Shown: piece after piece, positions 1 through 9,889 of the stretch
Layout of the letters: every line of letters starts with the position of its first letter
Position numbering within the stretch: the stretch's first letter is position 1
Assembly: GCA_965215605.1 (NCBI GenBank)
Contig: OZ244070.1
Coordinates: 3,040,001 to 3,104,000, forward strand
Length of the DNA: 64,000 nucleotides
DNA from: an uncultured Candidatus Binatia bacterium
Lineage (GTDB): Bacteria; Desulfobacterota; Binatia; UBA9968; JAJDTQ01
Reading direction: 5' to 3'
Notes under the pieces: model-generated
What the model saw: the letters and a program-made list of their open reading frames with translations, nothing else
The model's database searches: none
Told to the model about the DNA's origin: nothing
Program-made: the position numbers and the translations under genes

Positions 1-2336
1 ACATCGACCCGCCCTACGGCATCAAGTTCAACTCCAACTTCCAGTGGTCAACGACCAGCCGTGACGTCAAGGACGGCAATGCGGCGCACATCACGCGCGA
101 GCCGGAGCAGGTGAAGGCGTTTCGGGATACGTGGCGCGATGGGATTCATTCGTATTTGACATATTTGCGGGATCGGCTGACGGTGGCACGGGATTTGTTG
201 GCTGAGAGCGGGTCGATCTTTGTGCAGATCGGGGACGAGAATGTGCATCGGGTACGGGTGGTGATGGACGAGGTGTTTGGGGAAGAGAACGTAGTATCTC
301 AAATTGGATTTGCGAAGACATCTGGTTCTACAGACGATTTCCTCGGCCAAACAACGGACTGCCTTTTGTGGTACGCAAAAGACAAGACGCAGATCAAATT
401 TCGTCGTGCGCTGAAAGACAAAAGAGCGGGTGAGCCTGGAGGAACGAACTACAACCGATTACGTGACAGTTTCGGCCGGAGTCGGTCAATTAAAGCAGAT
501 GAAGATCTGAGCCGGGAAATCGAATCCGGGGAGTTGCGGATCTACTCTTTGGATAATTTGACGTCTCAAAGTGCAGGACGGGACAAAGGCGAAGGCGCAG
601 CTTCCTGGTTTGGGGTGGAGTTTGCGGGAAGGACGTATAAGCCTTCGCTCGCGGTCCGCTGGAAGACGAATGAAACGGGAATGTCTAGGTTAAAATGCGC
701 TGGCCGTCTCGAAGGGACTTATGCGCGGCTCGGATACGTGCGTTATCTGGAAGACTTTCCTGTAGTTCAAATCAACAACCGCTGGTACGATGTAGCGGCG
801 AGCTTCATGGCCAATAAGGTTTATGTAGTACAGACATCTCCAACCGTCATTCAACGCTGCATCCTGATGACCACAGACCCCGGCGATTTGGTCCTGGACC
901 CCACCTGCGGCTCCGGCACCGCCGCGTATGTTGCCGAGCAATGGGGTCGCCGTTGGATTACCGTTGACACCTCTCGCGTTGCCCTCGCGTTGGCCCGGGC
1001 TCGTATCATGGGTGCTCGTTATCCCTACTACTTGCTCACCGACAGCCGCGATGGCCAAATCAAAGAAGCTGCGCTTGCCCGCAGGGTTCCCTCAGCAGCG
1101 CCCACCTACAACGATATCCGCCTAGGCTTCGTGTACGAGCGTGTTCCCCACATCACGCTCAGGTCCATCGTCAACAACGCCGAGATAGACGTCATCTGGG
1201 AGAAGTTTCACGAAACGCTAGAACGGCTGCGTAAGGAGTTGAACCACGCCCTCAGCGCATCCTACGAGGAATGGGAGATCCCACGAGACGCCGATGAGGC
1301 TTGGTCCGTGGAAGTCAGGAAGATTCACGCGGAATGGTGGGAACAGCGAATCGCCCGGCAAAACGAAATCGACGCTTCCATCGCCGCCAAGGCCGACTAC
1401 GAGTACCTCTACGACAAGCCCTACGAAGACAACCGGAAAGCCCGCGTTGCCGGTCCCTTTACGGTGGAGAGTCTATCACCGCACCGTCTGCTGGGCGTCG
1501 ACGAACACGATGAACTCATCGACAAGGTCGCCGAAAGCACGTTCGGGTATGGCGACCAGCAGGATTTCGCCGCGATGATTCTTGACAATCTCAAGACCTC
1601 CGGTGTCCAACAGGCGCACAAAGAGAACCGCATCGCCTTCTCCAGTGTCCGTCCCTGGCCCGGAAGTTTCGTTTGTGCCGAGGGAGCTTACGTCGAAGGC
1701 AACGCCGACTCGGGTCCAAGAAAGCGCGCCGGCATCTTCATCGGCCCGGAATTCGGCACCGTCTCCCGCCCCGATCTCGTATCAGCGGTGCGCGAGGCCG
1801 CCGACGCCGACTTCGACGTGTTGATCGCCTGCGCTTTCAACTACGACGCCCACGCTTCGGAGTTCAACAAGCTCGGCCGCGTCCCGGTCCTCAAGGCCCG
1901 CATGAACGCCGACCTCCACATGGCCGGCGACCTCAAGAACACCGGCAAGGGCAACCTCTTCGTCATTTTCGGAGAGCCGGACATCGACATCCTCGAAGCG
2001 GAGGACGATCAGATCCAGGTCAAGGTCAACGGCGTCGACGTGTTCCACCCCAACACCGGCGAGATCCGCAGCGACGGCGCCGACGGCATCGCCTGCTGGT
2101 TCATCGATACCGATTACAACGAGGAAAGCTTCTTTGTCCGCCACGCCTACTTCCTTGGCGCCAGCGACCCATACAAGGCGCTCCAGACCACCCTCAAGGC
2201 CGAGATCAACGAGGAGGCTTGGGAAACGCTACACAGCGACACCTCCCGGCCTTTTGACAAACCCGCCTCCGGCCGCATCGCCGTAAAGGTAATCAATCAC
2301 CTCGGGGACGAGGTGATGAAGGTGTTTCGGGTGTGA
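1..2336 (+). CDS. Adenine-specific DNA methyltransferase, type III RM Mod-like (5' partial)
   Basis: Frame is open from the window edge and reads IDPPYG (catalytic motif IV) from nt 3. Later VLDPTCGSGT (SAM-binding motif I) gives beta-class order; long C-terminal region ending RIAVKVINHLGDEVMKVF. Confidence 0.9.
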   Translation, partial: IDPPYGIKFNSNFQWSTTSRDVKDGNAAHITREPEQVKAFRDTWRDGIHSYLTYLRDRLTVARDLLAESGSIFVQIGDENVHRVRVVMDEVFGEENVVSQIGFAKTSGSTDDFLGQTTDCLLWYAKDKTQIKFRRALKDKRAGEPGGTNYNRLRDSFGRSRSIKADEDLSREIESGELRIYSLDNLTSQSAGRDKGEGAASWFGVEFAGRTYKPSLAVRWKTNETGMSRLKCAGRLEGTYARLGYVRYLEDFPVVQINNRWYDVAASFMANKVYVVQTSPTVIQRCILMTTDPGDLVLDPTCGSGTAAYVAEQWGRRWITVDTSRVALALARARIMGARYPYYLLTDSRDGQIKEAALARRVPSAAPTYNDIRLGFVYERVPHITLRSIVNNAEIDVIWEKFHETLERLRKELNHALSASYEEWEIPRDADEAWSVEVRKIHAEWWEQRIARQNEIDASIAAKADYEYLYDKPYEDNRKARVAGPFTVESLSPHRLLGVDEHDELIDKVAESTFGYGDQQDFAAMILDNLKTSGVQQAHKENRIAFSSVRPWPGSFVCAEGAYVEGNADSGPRKRAGIFIGPEFGTVSRPDLVSAVREAADADFDVLIACAFNYDAHASEFNKLGRVPVLKARMNADLHMAGDLKNTGKGNLFVIFGEPDIDILEAEDDQIQVKVNGVDVFHPNTGEIRSDGADGIACWFIDTDYNEESFFVRHAYFLGASDPYKALQTTLKAEINEEAWETLHSDTSRPFDKPASGRIAVKVINHLGDEVMKVFRV

Positions 2337-2366
2337 AGCCGTCGTTACGAGAGGGGAGGGTGCCTC

Positions 2367-3356
2367 ATGGCTAGCGGTGACCAAATCAAGGCATTACTGA
2401 AGTCGCACCTGGAGGGTGATGACGACCGCTTCTTTGCCGTCGCCATGCAGGTGGCGGCTCATGAGGCCAGGCTCGGCCATGGCAAACTTGCCGAACAGTT
2501 GCGCGCCATGGTTGACGAAGCCAAGGGCCAGGTTGGGACGGTTCGGCCCGTTCCCATCGGCCGCCCGCGAGGAGAACTCGCGAATCTCCTGGAAGCGTCA
2601 TACCCGAAGGCTCGTCTCAGTGAGATGATTCTCGGCGATGCTCTCGCTGAACAGATCAGCCGGGTCATCCGGGAGCAGCGCCAAGCCAGTCGCATCCTGG
2701 CATCTGGCCTTTCGCCCAGGCGAAAGTTGCTGCTGATAGGGCCTCCCGGCACAGGCAAGACGTTGACGGCTACGGTCTTGGCGGGGGAACTCCGCCTTCC
2801 TCTCTTCCAGGTCAGACTGGACGGGCTCATCACCAAGTTCATGGGAGAGACCGCGGCCAAACTAAGGCAGATATTCGATGCCACAAGTCGGAACCGGGGC
2901 ATCTACTTTTTCGATGAGTTCGACGCCATCGGTTCACAGCGGGGTCTTGCCAATGACGTGGGTGAGATCCGTCGCGTTTTGAACAGTTTCTTGCAGATGA
3001 TTGAGCAAGATGGTTCTCACAGTTTGGTCGTTGCGGCGACAAACCATCCCGGAATACTCGATCACGCCCTGTTCCGCCGTTTCGACGACGTCTTGCACTA
3101 TGAGTTGCCGGACATGTCACACATTGCAGACCTCCTGAAGAGACGGCTTGTCGGATCGGTTGCCAAGGGGTTCCGATGGGAGGCCTTGGCGGGACTGGCT
3201 CAGGGGCTGAGTTATGCCGAGGTAACGCGCGCGGCCAACGAGGCTCTCAAGGACGCGCTGATCCATGATCGTGACAGAATCCTTCCGGAAGAACTTCGGA
3301 CTGTGCTCGCCGAGCGCAAGCGCCTTGCCGAGAGGTTGACCACGCAAGTGGAATAG
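2367..3356 (+). CDS. ietA: AAA+ ATPase, IetA-like
   Basis: Walker A GPPGTGKT, Walker B FFDEFD, AATNH and LFRRFD arginine finger; immediately upstream of an S8 protease. Confidence 0.85.
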   Translation: MASGDQIKALLKSHLEGDDDRFFAVAMQVAAHEARLGHGKLAEQLRAMVDEAKGQVGTVRPVPIGRPRGELANLLEASYPKARLSEMILGDALAEQISRVIREQRQASRILASGLSPRRKLLLIGPPGTGKTLTATVLAGELRLPLFQVRLDGLITKFMGETAAKLRQIFDATSRNRGIYFFDEFDAIGSQRGLANDVGEIRRVLNSFLQMIEQDGSHSLVVAATNHPGILDHALFRRFDDVLHYELPDMSHIADLLKRRLVGSVAKGFRWEALAGLAQGLSYAEVTRAANEALKDALIHDRDRILPEELRTVLAERKRLAERLTTQVE

Positions 3357-3376
3357 GGGGAGGGGCGGGGAACCAA

Positions 3377-5908
3377 ATGGCGGAGGCAACCGCGGGTCGA
3401 CATCGGCACTTCATTCTCGAGGGTATCACCGAGACAGAGGAGTACCGCCGCCCGGGAAGTGGAGGGCAGCGCACTTCGATCCCGGAGCAGGAACGGACAC
3501 AGCATGGCGGAGCCCTGCTGGGCCAGCTTGCGGAGTGTCGAAGTGCCGCCGACGCCGCCCGAGAGATCCAGCAGACCGCAGGGTCCGAAGGAGGTCTGGG
3601 CCTCCAGGTCGAATTCGAGAGTTTCCCTGATGTCGAGTTGGCGTTCGAGAGCTTGGCGAGAGAACGCCAGGGCATCGAATTGCTGAACGTTCGCCATGAC
3701 GGGAGTCGGACCCTCGCCACTGTCTTCGTCCCCGACGGCAAGCTGGACCATTTCGAAGGGCTCATCCACGACTATCTGGATGGAAAGAGAGACCGCGCAG
3801 ACCGTCCTCGTGACAACAGGCGTCTCATCGACGCCATCCAGCAGATCCGAGCGGCAAGCATTCGGGCGCTTTGGACCGACGATGACGAGGCGTTTCCGAC
3901 ATCAGAAGAGGGTCCGTTGTGGTGGGAAGTATGGTTGCCGCGGAAAGGCTCTCCATCCGATCCCACGGCTGCGGATCAATTACTTGCCCCGGATGGTTTC
4001 CGACAGAGAGCCGAAGCCCAGGGAATTCAGGTGGCGCAAGGAGAAGCTCGATTTCCGGAGCGTACTGCCTTGCTGGTCCGGGCATCTCTCGAAGAGATGC
4101 AGCGTTCCATGGTTACGCTGAACAGCATCGCCGAGTTGCGGCGGGCGAAGGAGACGGCGGAGTTCTTTGATTCTCTGGAACAAGATGAGCAACGCGCATG
4201 GCTTGACGATCTCCTTGCACGAACACGATTCGCTCAAGATACCGAGGAGACACCTTACGTGTGTCTGCTCGATACGGGTGTCAATCGCGGGCATCGATTG
4301 CTTGCGCCAGCCCTTGACGCCCGTGACCTCCATACCGTCGAGCCTGGGTGGGGGACCAATGATGCCGAGGGGCATGGAACGGAGATGGCGGGTGTAGCTC
4401 TGGCCGGCAACTTGGCCGAGATCCTCGAAAGTAGCGACCCTGTAGAAATCGATCATCGACTCGAATCCGTCAAGCTACTGCCAAAGGGTGGAGCAACCGG
4501 AACGGCTCCCCGTCACCATGCGTACTTGACGCTCGAAGCGGTGGCGCGTCCCGAAGTTACGGCTCCGTCGCGGGTTCGAGTCTTTGGCATGGCCGTCACG
4601 GCGCGTGACAATCGGGACCGCGGGCGCCCGTCCTCTTGGTCCGGGGCGGTGGATTCGTTGGCGGCGGATATTGACGGACGCGGAGCCAATCCGCGGCTGC
4701 TAGTGGTGTCCGCGGGGAATGTCAGCGATCCCAGCGCGTGGTGGCATTATCCAAACAGTAACGAGACGGACGGAGTTCACGATCCTGCTCAAGCGTGGAA
4801 CGCCGTCACCGTAGGCGCCTATACCGACTTCGTCCAGATTGCTGAACCGGACGCTGCTGGCTATGTGCCGATCGCCCAGGCGGGCGAACTGAGTCCTTTC
4901 AGTACGCCCTCTCTGACATGGGAGCGCTTCTTGCCAAACAAGCCGGACATCGTTCTCGAAGGCGGCAACGCGGCCAAGGACTCACTGAGCGCGGTACCTC
5001 TGCCCAGCCTCAGCCTCTTGACGACGCACTATCGTCCCGCGGATCGACTCTTTACGACGACAAACGCGACCAGTGCCGCGATGGCGCTTGCATCCAGACT
5101 GGCGGCACAAATCAGAGGCGCTTACCCCGAGCTATGGCCGGAAACAGTGCGTGCGTTGATGGTCCACTCAGCCGAGTGGACGCCGGCCATGAAGCGTATG
5201 TTTCTGCAAGGTAGAAGACGCCCATCAAAGCTGGACTACGGGAATCTGGTACGGCGGTGTGGATTCGGCGTCCCGGACATCAATCGCGCAATTTGGAGTG
5301 TCGAGAACTCCCTGACGATGGTTGTTCAGGAAACGTTGCAGCCATTCAAACGTGTGCCGGGCAAGCAGGTCACTCTGCGCGATATGCATCTCCACAATCT
5401 GCCTTGGCCGCGCGATGTCCTTGAGGACTTGGGCGGCACGCAAGTCGAGATGCGGGTCACACTGTCGTACTTCATCGAGCCTAATCCCTCGCAACGGGGC
5501 GCCCGCTCCCGCTACCGGTATGAATCTCACGGCCTCCGCTTCGACGTAAAGCGCCCGCTGGAATCCACGGATGACTTTCGCCGTCGCATCAACTTGTTGG
5601 CAAGAGATGAAGAAACGGGAGGCAATCGCGGGGGTGGCGATCCGTCATGGCTAATCGGAGGCCAAGGACGCCATCGAGGTTCGTTGCACGGAGACATCTG
5701 GAGAGGCACGGCTGCGGACCTCGCGAATCGCGGTTCCATCGCTGTCTATCCCACTGCCGGCTGGTGGAAGACTCGACCTGCGCTGGAGCGTTACGACAAA
5801 ATAGCCCGGTATGCCTTGGTCGTCAGCATCAAGGCGCCGGAGGTGGACGTTGATCTCTACAGCGAGGTCGCTAATCTGATTGCGCCGAAGGTCGAAGTCG
5901 AGACCTGA
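3377..5908 (+). CDS. ietS: Subtilisin-like S8 serine protease, IetS/Y4bN-like
   Basis: Catalytic triad motifs LLDTGV, GHGTEMAG and ATSAA; SAGN oxyanion motif; paired with the AAA ATPase. Confidence 0.85.
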   Translation: MAEATAGRHRHFILEGITETEEYRRPGSGGQRTSIPEQERTQHGGALLGQLAECRSAADAAREIQQTAGSEGGLGLQVEFESFPDVELAFESLARERQGIELLNVRHDGSRTLATVFVPDGKLDHFEGLIHDYLDGKRDRADRPRDNRRLIDAIQQIRAASIRALWTDDDEAFPTSEEGPLWWEVWLPRKGSPSDPTAADQLLAPDGFRQRAEAQGIQVAQGEARFPERTALLVRASLEEMQRSMVTLNSIAELRRAKETAEFFDSLEQDEQRAWLDDLLARTRFAQDTEETPYVCLLDTGVNRGHRLLAPALDARDLHTVEPGWGTNDAEGHGTEMAGVALAGNLAEILESSDPVEIDHRLESVKLLPKGGATGTAPRHHAYLTLEAVARPEVTAPSRVRVFGMAVTARDNRDRGRPSSWSGAVDSLAADIDGRGANPRLLVVSAGNVSDPSAWWHYPNSNETDGVHDPAQAWNAVTVGAYTDFVQIAEPDAAGYVPIAQAGELSPFSTPSLTWERFLPNKPDIVLEGGNAAKDSLSAVPLPSLSLLTTHYRPADRLFTTTNATSAAMALASRLAAQIRGAYPELWPETVRALMVHSAEWTPAMKRMFLQGRRRPSKLDYGNLVRRCGFGVPDINRAIWSVENSLTMVVQETLQPFKRVPGKQVTLRDMHLHNLPWPRDVLEDLGGTQVEMRVTLSYFIEPNPSQRGARSRYRYESHGLRFDVKRPLESTDDFRRRINLLARDEETGGNRGGGDPSWLIGGQGRHRGSLHGDIWRGTAADLANRGSIAVYPTAGWWKTRPALERYDKIARYALVVSIKAPEVDVDLYSEVANLIAPKVEVET

Positions 5909-5909
5909 G

Positions 5910-8054
5910 ATGCAATTTATCATCGCAAATACCTTCACCGAGAGCCTCGCCAGGCTGACCGGCGACGAACAGAAGGCCGCTAAGACGACGGTCTTCGACC
6001 TTCAGACCGACCCTTCGCAGCCGGGACTCAGTTTCCACCGGGTCAGGAACCCAAAGGACCGGAACTTCTGGTCCGTTCGCGTGAGTAGTGATGTTAGGAT
6101 CATTGTGCACAAGAGCGCCGACAGCACGGTCTTGTGCTACGTGGACCATCACGAAGACGCCTACAAATGGGCCGAACGCCGCAAGCTGGAGACCCATCCG
6201 AAGACCGGTGCAGCGCAACTGGTCGAACTCCGAGAGACGGTCAGGGAAATCATCGTGCCAAGGGCCGTCGAACCAGTGCCGGAGGTTCAGCCGAAACCGC
6301 TGCTGTTCGCGGGCATCAGCGATGACGCTCTCCTGGGGTATGGGGTTCCGGGTGAATGGTTGAATGATGTACGGGCCGCTGACGAGGACAGTGTCCTGGA
6401 TTTGGCCGCGCACCTGCCGGCGGAAGCGGCGGAGGCGCTACTGGTTCTGGCGGTGGGCGGGACGCCTCAGATGGCGCTGGCTTCGTCCGGTCCGCGTTCG
6501 TTCGAAGACTCCGACCTTCCGATGATGGTAGCGGAGGCGGCGGTAGAGTATGGTGCCGCGCTACCTCCCGACCCCTTCGATCACCCTGACGCGCAGCGTC
6601 GTTTCCGCGTCATGCACGACATCGCGGAACTGGAACGCGCCCTGAGCTATCCGTGGGAAAAATGGGCCGTGTTCCTCCACCCGGTGCAGCAACAGATCGT
6701 CGAGAAATTCTACGGCGGCCCGGCCCGGGTGTTTGGCACCGCGGGCACCGGCAAGACGGTGGTGGCACTCCACCGGGCCGTGCACCTCGCCCGGAACAAT
6801 CCCGATGCCAGGGTCCTGTTGACCACCTTCTCCGACACCTTGGCGGATGCGCTCAGGACCAAGCTCGCACGATTGATCCACAACGAGCCGCGACTCGCGG
6901 AGCGGGTGGAAGTCGAGGCCATCGACGCAGTCGGCGAGCGCCTTTATCGTTCCCAGTTCGGTCCCCCGAGGATTGCCACACGCGCAGAGATCGAGGAACT
7001 GCTGGTCGACGCGGCGGGTGAAGCAGAAAAGGGTGACTTCAGCCTCCGGTTCCTGCTGGGCGAGTGGGAGAACGTGGTCGATGCGTGGCAGTTGGATACT
7101 TGGGAGGCGTACCGTGATGTGCGCCGGCTTGGTCGGAAGACACGGCTTCCTGTCGAACGCCGCGCGGTGCTTTGGGCGATTTTCGAGAGGGTCCGCATGG
7201 AGATCCAGAACCGAGGGTGGTTGACCAGGGCCGGCACGTTCGGCTTGCTGGCCGAGAATCTCAAGGATCGGCCACATCCGCCGTTTGAATTCGCGGTCGT
7301 GGATGAGGCGCAGGATATCAGTGTCGCGCGACTGCGTTTTCTGGCGGCGTTGGGAGGGGACCGACCGAACGGTCTCTTCTTTGCGGGGGATCTTGGTCAG
7401 CGCATCTTCCAAACGCCGTTTTCGTGGAAGGCCATGGGCGTCGAGGTTCGCGGGAGATCTCAGGTCCTGAAGCTCAACTACCGCACTTCCCATCAGATCA
7501 GGGTTAAGGCTGACCGTTTGCTCGGCCCGGAAGTTACCGATGTCGACGGTAATGTGGATGACCGGCGAGGAACGGTTTCGGCATTCAATGGCCCCGATCC
7601 CATCATGCGCGTATTCGAAACACAGCAGGAAGAGGCAGATGCCGTCGCGCAATGGTTGCAGCAATGTGCCAGCGAAGGCGTGAGCCCCGGTGAGATGGGA
7701 GTATTCGTGCGGTCTGCGGCGCAATTGGACCGGGCTCGTAAGGCAGTGACCCACGCCGGACTCTTTGTTCAGGTCTTGGATGAACAGGATAGCAATAGTG
7801 GCGACCGTGTCTCGATAAGCACCATGCATCTGGCAAAGGGTCTTGAGTTCCGTGCCGTCGCAGTCATGGCATGTGACGATGAAGTCCTTCCCTTACAGGA
7901 ACGGATCGAGAACGTGGCCGACGAAGCCGACCTTGAGGAGGTCTACGACACGGAAAGGCACCTGCTCTACGTGGCCTGTACGCGCGCCCGCGACCACTTG
8001 ATAGTCACGGCGGTCGAGCCAGCGTCCGAGTTCCTGGATGACCTCCAGACATGA
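5910..8054 (+). CDS. UvrD/Rep-like SF1 helicase with N-terminal RelE/ParE-like domain
   Basis: GTAGTGKT, VVDEAQD, GDLGQRIF, NYRT, AKGLEF and YVACTRA motifs. The N-terminal ~90 aa (FWSVRVSSDVRIIVH...YVDHH) resembles the RelE fold. ATG lies 1 nt after the ietS stop. Confidence 0.85.
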   Translation: MQFIIANTFTESLARLTGDEQKAAKTTVFDLQTDPSQPGLSFHRVRNPKDRNFWSVRVSSDVRIIVHKSADSTVLCYVDHHEDAYKWAERRKLETHPKTGAAQLVELRETVREIIVPRAVEPVPEVQPKPLLFAGISDDALLGYGVPGEWLNDVRAADEDSVLDLAAHLPAEAAEALLVLAVGGTPQMALASSGPRSFEDSDLPMMVAEAAVEYGAALPPDPFDHPDAQRRFRVMHDIAELERALSYPWEKWAVFLHPVQQQIVEKFYGGPARVFGTAGTGKTVVALHRAVHLARNNPDARVLLTTFSDTLADALRTKLARLIHNEPRLAERVEVEAIDAVGERLYRSQFGPPRIATRAEIEELLVDAAGEAEKGDFSLRFLLGEWENVVDAWQLDTWEAYRDVRRLGRKTRLPVERRAVLWAIFERVRMEIQNRGWLTRAGTFGLLAENLKDRPHPPFEFAVVDEAQDISVARLRFLAALGGDRPNGLFFAGDLGQRIFQTPFSWKAMGVEVRGRSQVLKLNYRTSHQIRVKADRLLGPEVTDVDGNVDDRRGTVSAFNGPDPIMRVFETQQEEADAVAQWLQQCASEGVSPGEMGVFVRSAAQLDRARKAVTHAGLFVQVLDEQDSNSGDRVSISTMHLAKGLEFRAVAVMACDDEVLPLQERIENVADEADLEEVYDTERHLLYVACTRARDHLIVTAVEPASEFLDDLQT

Positions 8055-8093
8055 CTGTCCGTGTCCATTCACTCCATGACTCGTTGCCGATGA

Positions 8094-8225
8094 CTACGGT
8101 CTTAACGCTTCGGTCGCGGAATATCCCCGCAAGCGACGATGCTTGGCGATCAGACGTGTATCGACGCTACCCACGATGAGCAGTACCAACAGGTTCGCGT
8201 CGATGAAATATCCCGCGGGCGGCAT
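8094..8225 (-). pseudogene. Truncated PIN-domain protein
   Basis: 43-aa ORF MPPAGYFIDANLLVLLIVG... carries only the first PIN acidic motif and stops early; directly follows the 8230-8526 gene. Confidence 0.6.
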
Positions 8226-8229
8226 CGGT

Positions 8230-8526
8230 CTAAGCGGAGGCGGTCGGGAGGCGTTCGGGCGGGGGGAAACGGTCTGTCAGGGATTCGACCTCTCCACTGC
8301 GGTCGTTGATGCGGATGACCTTGTAGGAACGCGACACGACTGCCCCGAGCGCGGCGGTCAGGGGGTTCTTGTGGTCCCACGGTCGAGAGAAACCGATGGT
8401 GATTCTCCAGCTATTTGACGTGGATTCGAACTCGACCTCTTCCAGACCGATGTTTGTGACTCCTTCGTCCGCAAAAAGGTCGGCAATGTAGTCTTTTGCC
8501 TTGTGGCAGGCTACCTTCGCGTCCAT
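8230..8526 (-). CDS. Hypothetical protein, probable partner of the PIN toxin
   Basis: MDAKVACHKAKDYI...LEEVEF...WRITIGFSRPW with GGAGG RBS; adjacent to the PIN fragment. Confidence 0.6.
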   Translation of the reverse strand: MDAKVACHKAKDYIADLFADEGVTNIGLEEVEFESTSNSWRITIGFSRPWDHKNPLTAALGAVVSRSYKVIRINDRSGEVESLTDRFPPPERLPTASA

Positions 8527-8650
8527 GTCAGCCTCCGCTGCATCCCTGTCAACTATCGTCGACGCGTGCCGTACACTCCCCACAACACAACTCTGTCGTG
8601 ACCTGCCTGCATCTTGTGTTCATGGAGGGTTTTTTGAGAACGCCATGCCA

Positions 8651-9286
8651 TTATAGGCTGTCATCCCGCGGAGGTATCTGCAATCCACGCTTCACCGCCG
8701 GCCGGGAGCCGACCCGGGCCAGCCATTCCCGCACATTCGGGTAGCGGTCGAGGTCGACCTCCTGCATCTGCCAGCGGTAGATCCATGGGTAGGCGGCCAC
8801 GTCGGCGATGGAATAGTCGCCGGCCAGATAGTCTCGTCCTTCCAGCCCGCGGTTCAGCACGCCGTAGACGCGGTTGTTCTCCGCCTGCCAGACGCCCAGA
8901 TGGGCGTGCTCTTCGCCGGCGTCGCGGCGGCGTATCTGCCAGTGCACGCCCAGGCCCGTGTGGGTGATGTGGCCAGAGGCGAAGAAGAGCCAGTTCAGTA
9001 CTTCCATGCGGGCAGACGGCTCTTGCGGCAGGAGCCGTCCCGACTTCTCCGCCAGGTAGATGAGGATGGCGCCCGACTCGAACACGGTGACGGACACGCC
9101 GCCGGGGCCGTCGTCATCGACGATGCAGGGGATCCGGCCGTTGGGATTGATGGCCAGATACCAGTCTTCCTTCTGCTCCATGTTCTCCAGGGCCATGGGC
9201 CTGACCGTGTAGTCCAGCCCCGATTCCTCCAGCATGATGGATGCCTTGCGGCCGTTGGAGGTTGCCTTGCTGTAGAGGGTGATCAT
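8651..9286 (-). CDS. Glutathione S-transferase (YfcG/Ure2-like)
   Basis: NPNGRIP, VFESGAILIYLAEK and YSIADVA motifs. Confidence 0.92.
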   Translation of the reverse strand: MITLYSKATSNGRKASIMLEESGLDYTVRPMALENMEQKEDWYLAINPNGRIPCIVDDDGPGGVSVTVFESGAILIYLAEKSGRLLPQEPSARMEVLNWLFFASGHITHTGLGVHWQIRRRDAGEEHAHLGVWQAENNRVYGVLNRGLEGRDYLAGDYSIADVAAYPWIYRWQMQEVDLDRYPNVREWLARVGSRPAVKRGLQIPPRDDSL

Positions 9287-9379
9287 CTCGGTCGTCTCCT
9301 TTTGGCTGCCCGGTTTATAGCGACTTCATCGATTTGCTGTAAACTGAATGGAGGGGCACACCTTCATCTCCGAAAACCC

Positions 9380-9857
9380 TGCCCGACAGGCCCTGACGGA
9401 GGGCAGGAAGATCGCCGCCATCATCGCCACCATGGGCACCACCGATTCCTTTGGCCTCGACGACCTCCAGGCCATCCCCGCGCTGCGGGACGCGCTGGCG
9501 GATTCCGTGGACGTGGACTTCCACAAGACCGGCTTTGCGCCGTACATCTCCAGCCTGGTGCTGGTGAAGGACCGGGCGGACCTGCAGCGGGTCGCGCGGG
9601 ACCCGGAACAGATGCCGTACCTCTACCAATCCGGGGAATAACCGCCCCGGCATGTACACGCTGGAAACGTCCCGGGCGGGCACCGGCCCCCTCGCCGCCA
9701 TGGCCAACTATCGCCTGTTACCGACTGCTACCGCCGCACCCGCTACGGCGAGCCCATCTACGCCCTCAAGTCCTACATCCTGTCGCCGTTCGTGGACGAA
9801 GCGTACGTCGAGGCCGTCGTCCACAAGATCATGGAAGCGCGGGAGAAGGTGGGGTAG
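9380..9857 (+). pseudogene. Collapsed group II PLP-dependent decarboxylase remnant
   Basis: ATMGTTD, DFHK (PLP lysine), YTLETSR and a C-terminal LKSYILSPF segment in changing frames; frameshift/stop at 9639-9641; far shorter than a full enzyme. Confidence 0.7.
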
Positions 9858-9889
9858 GGGGTGCCGTCCAGCTCGTGCCCGATCCAGGC

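Noticed and set aside
1-2336. Phase-variable simple sequence repeats in mod
   Set aside because: No tandem tract visible in the window; the 5' end is outside it.
9639-9641. Stop-codon recoding in the decarboxylase remnant
   Set aside because: The stop is TAA and the reading continues in another frame (single-base insertion), alongside large deletions.
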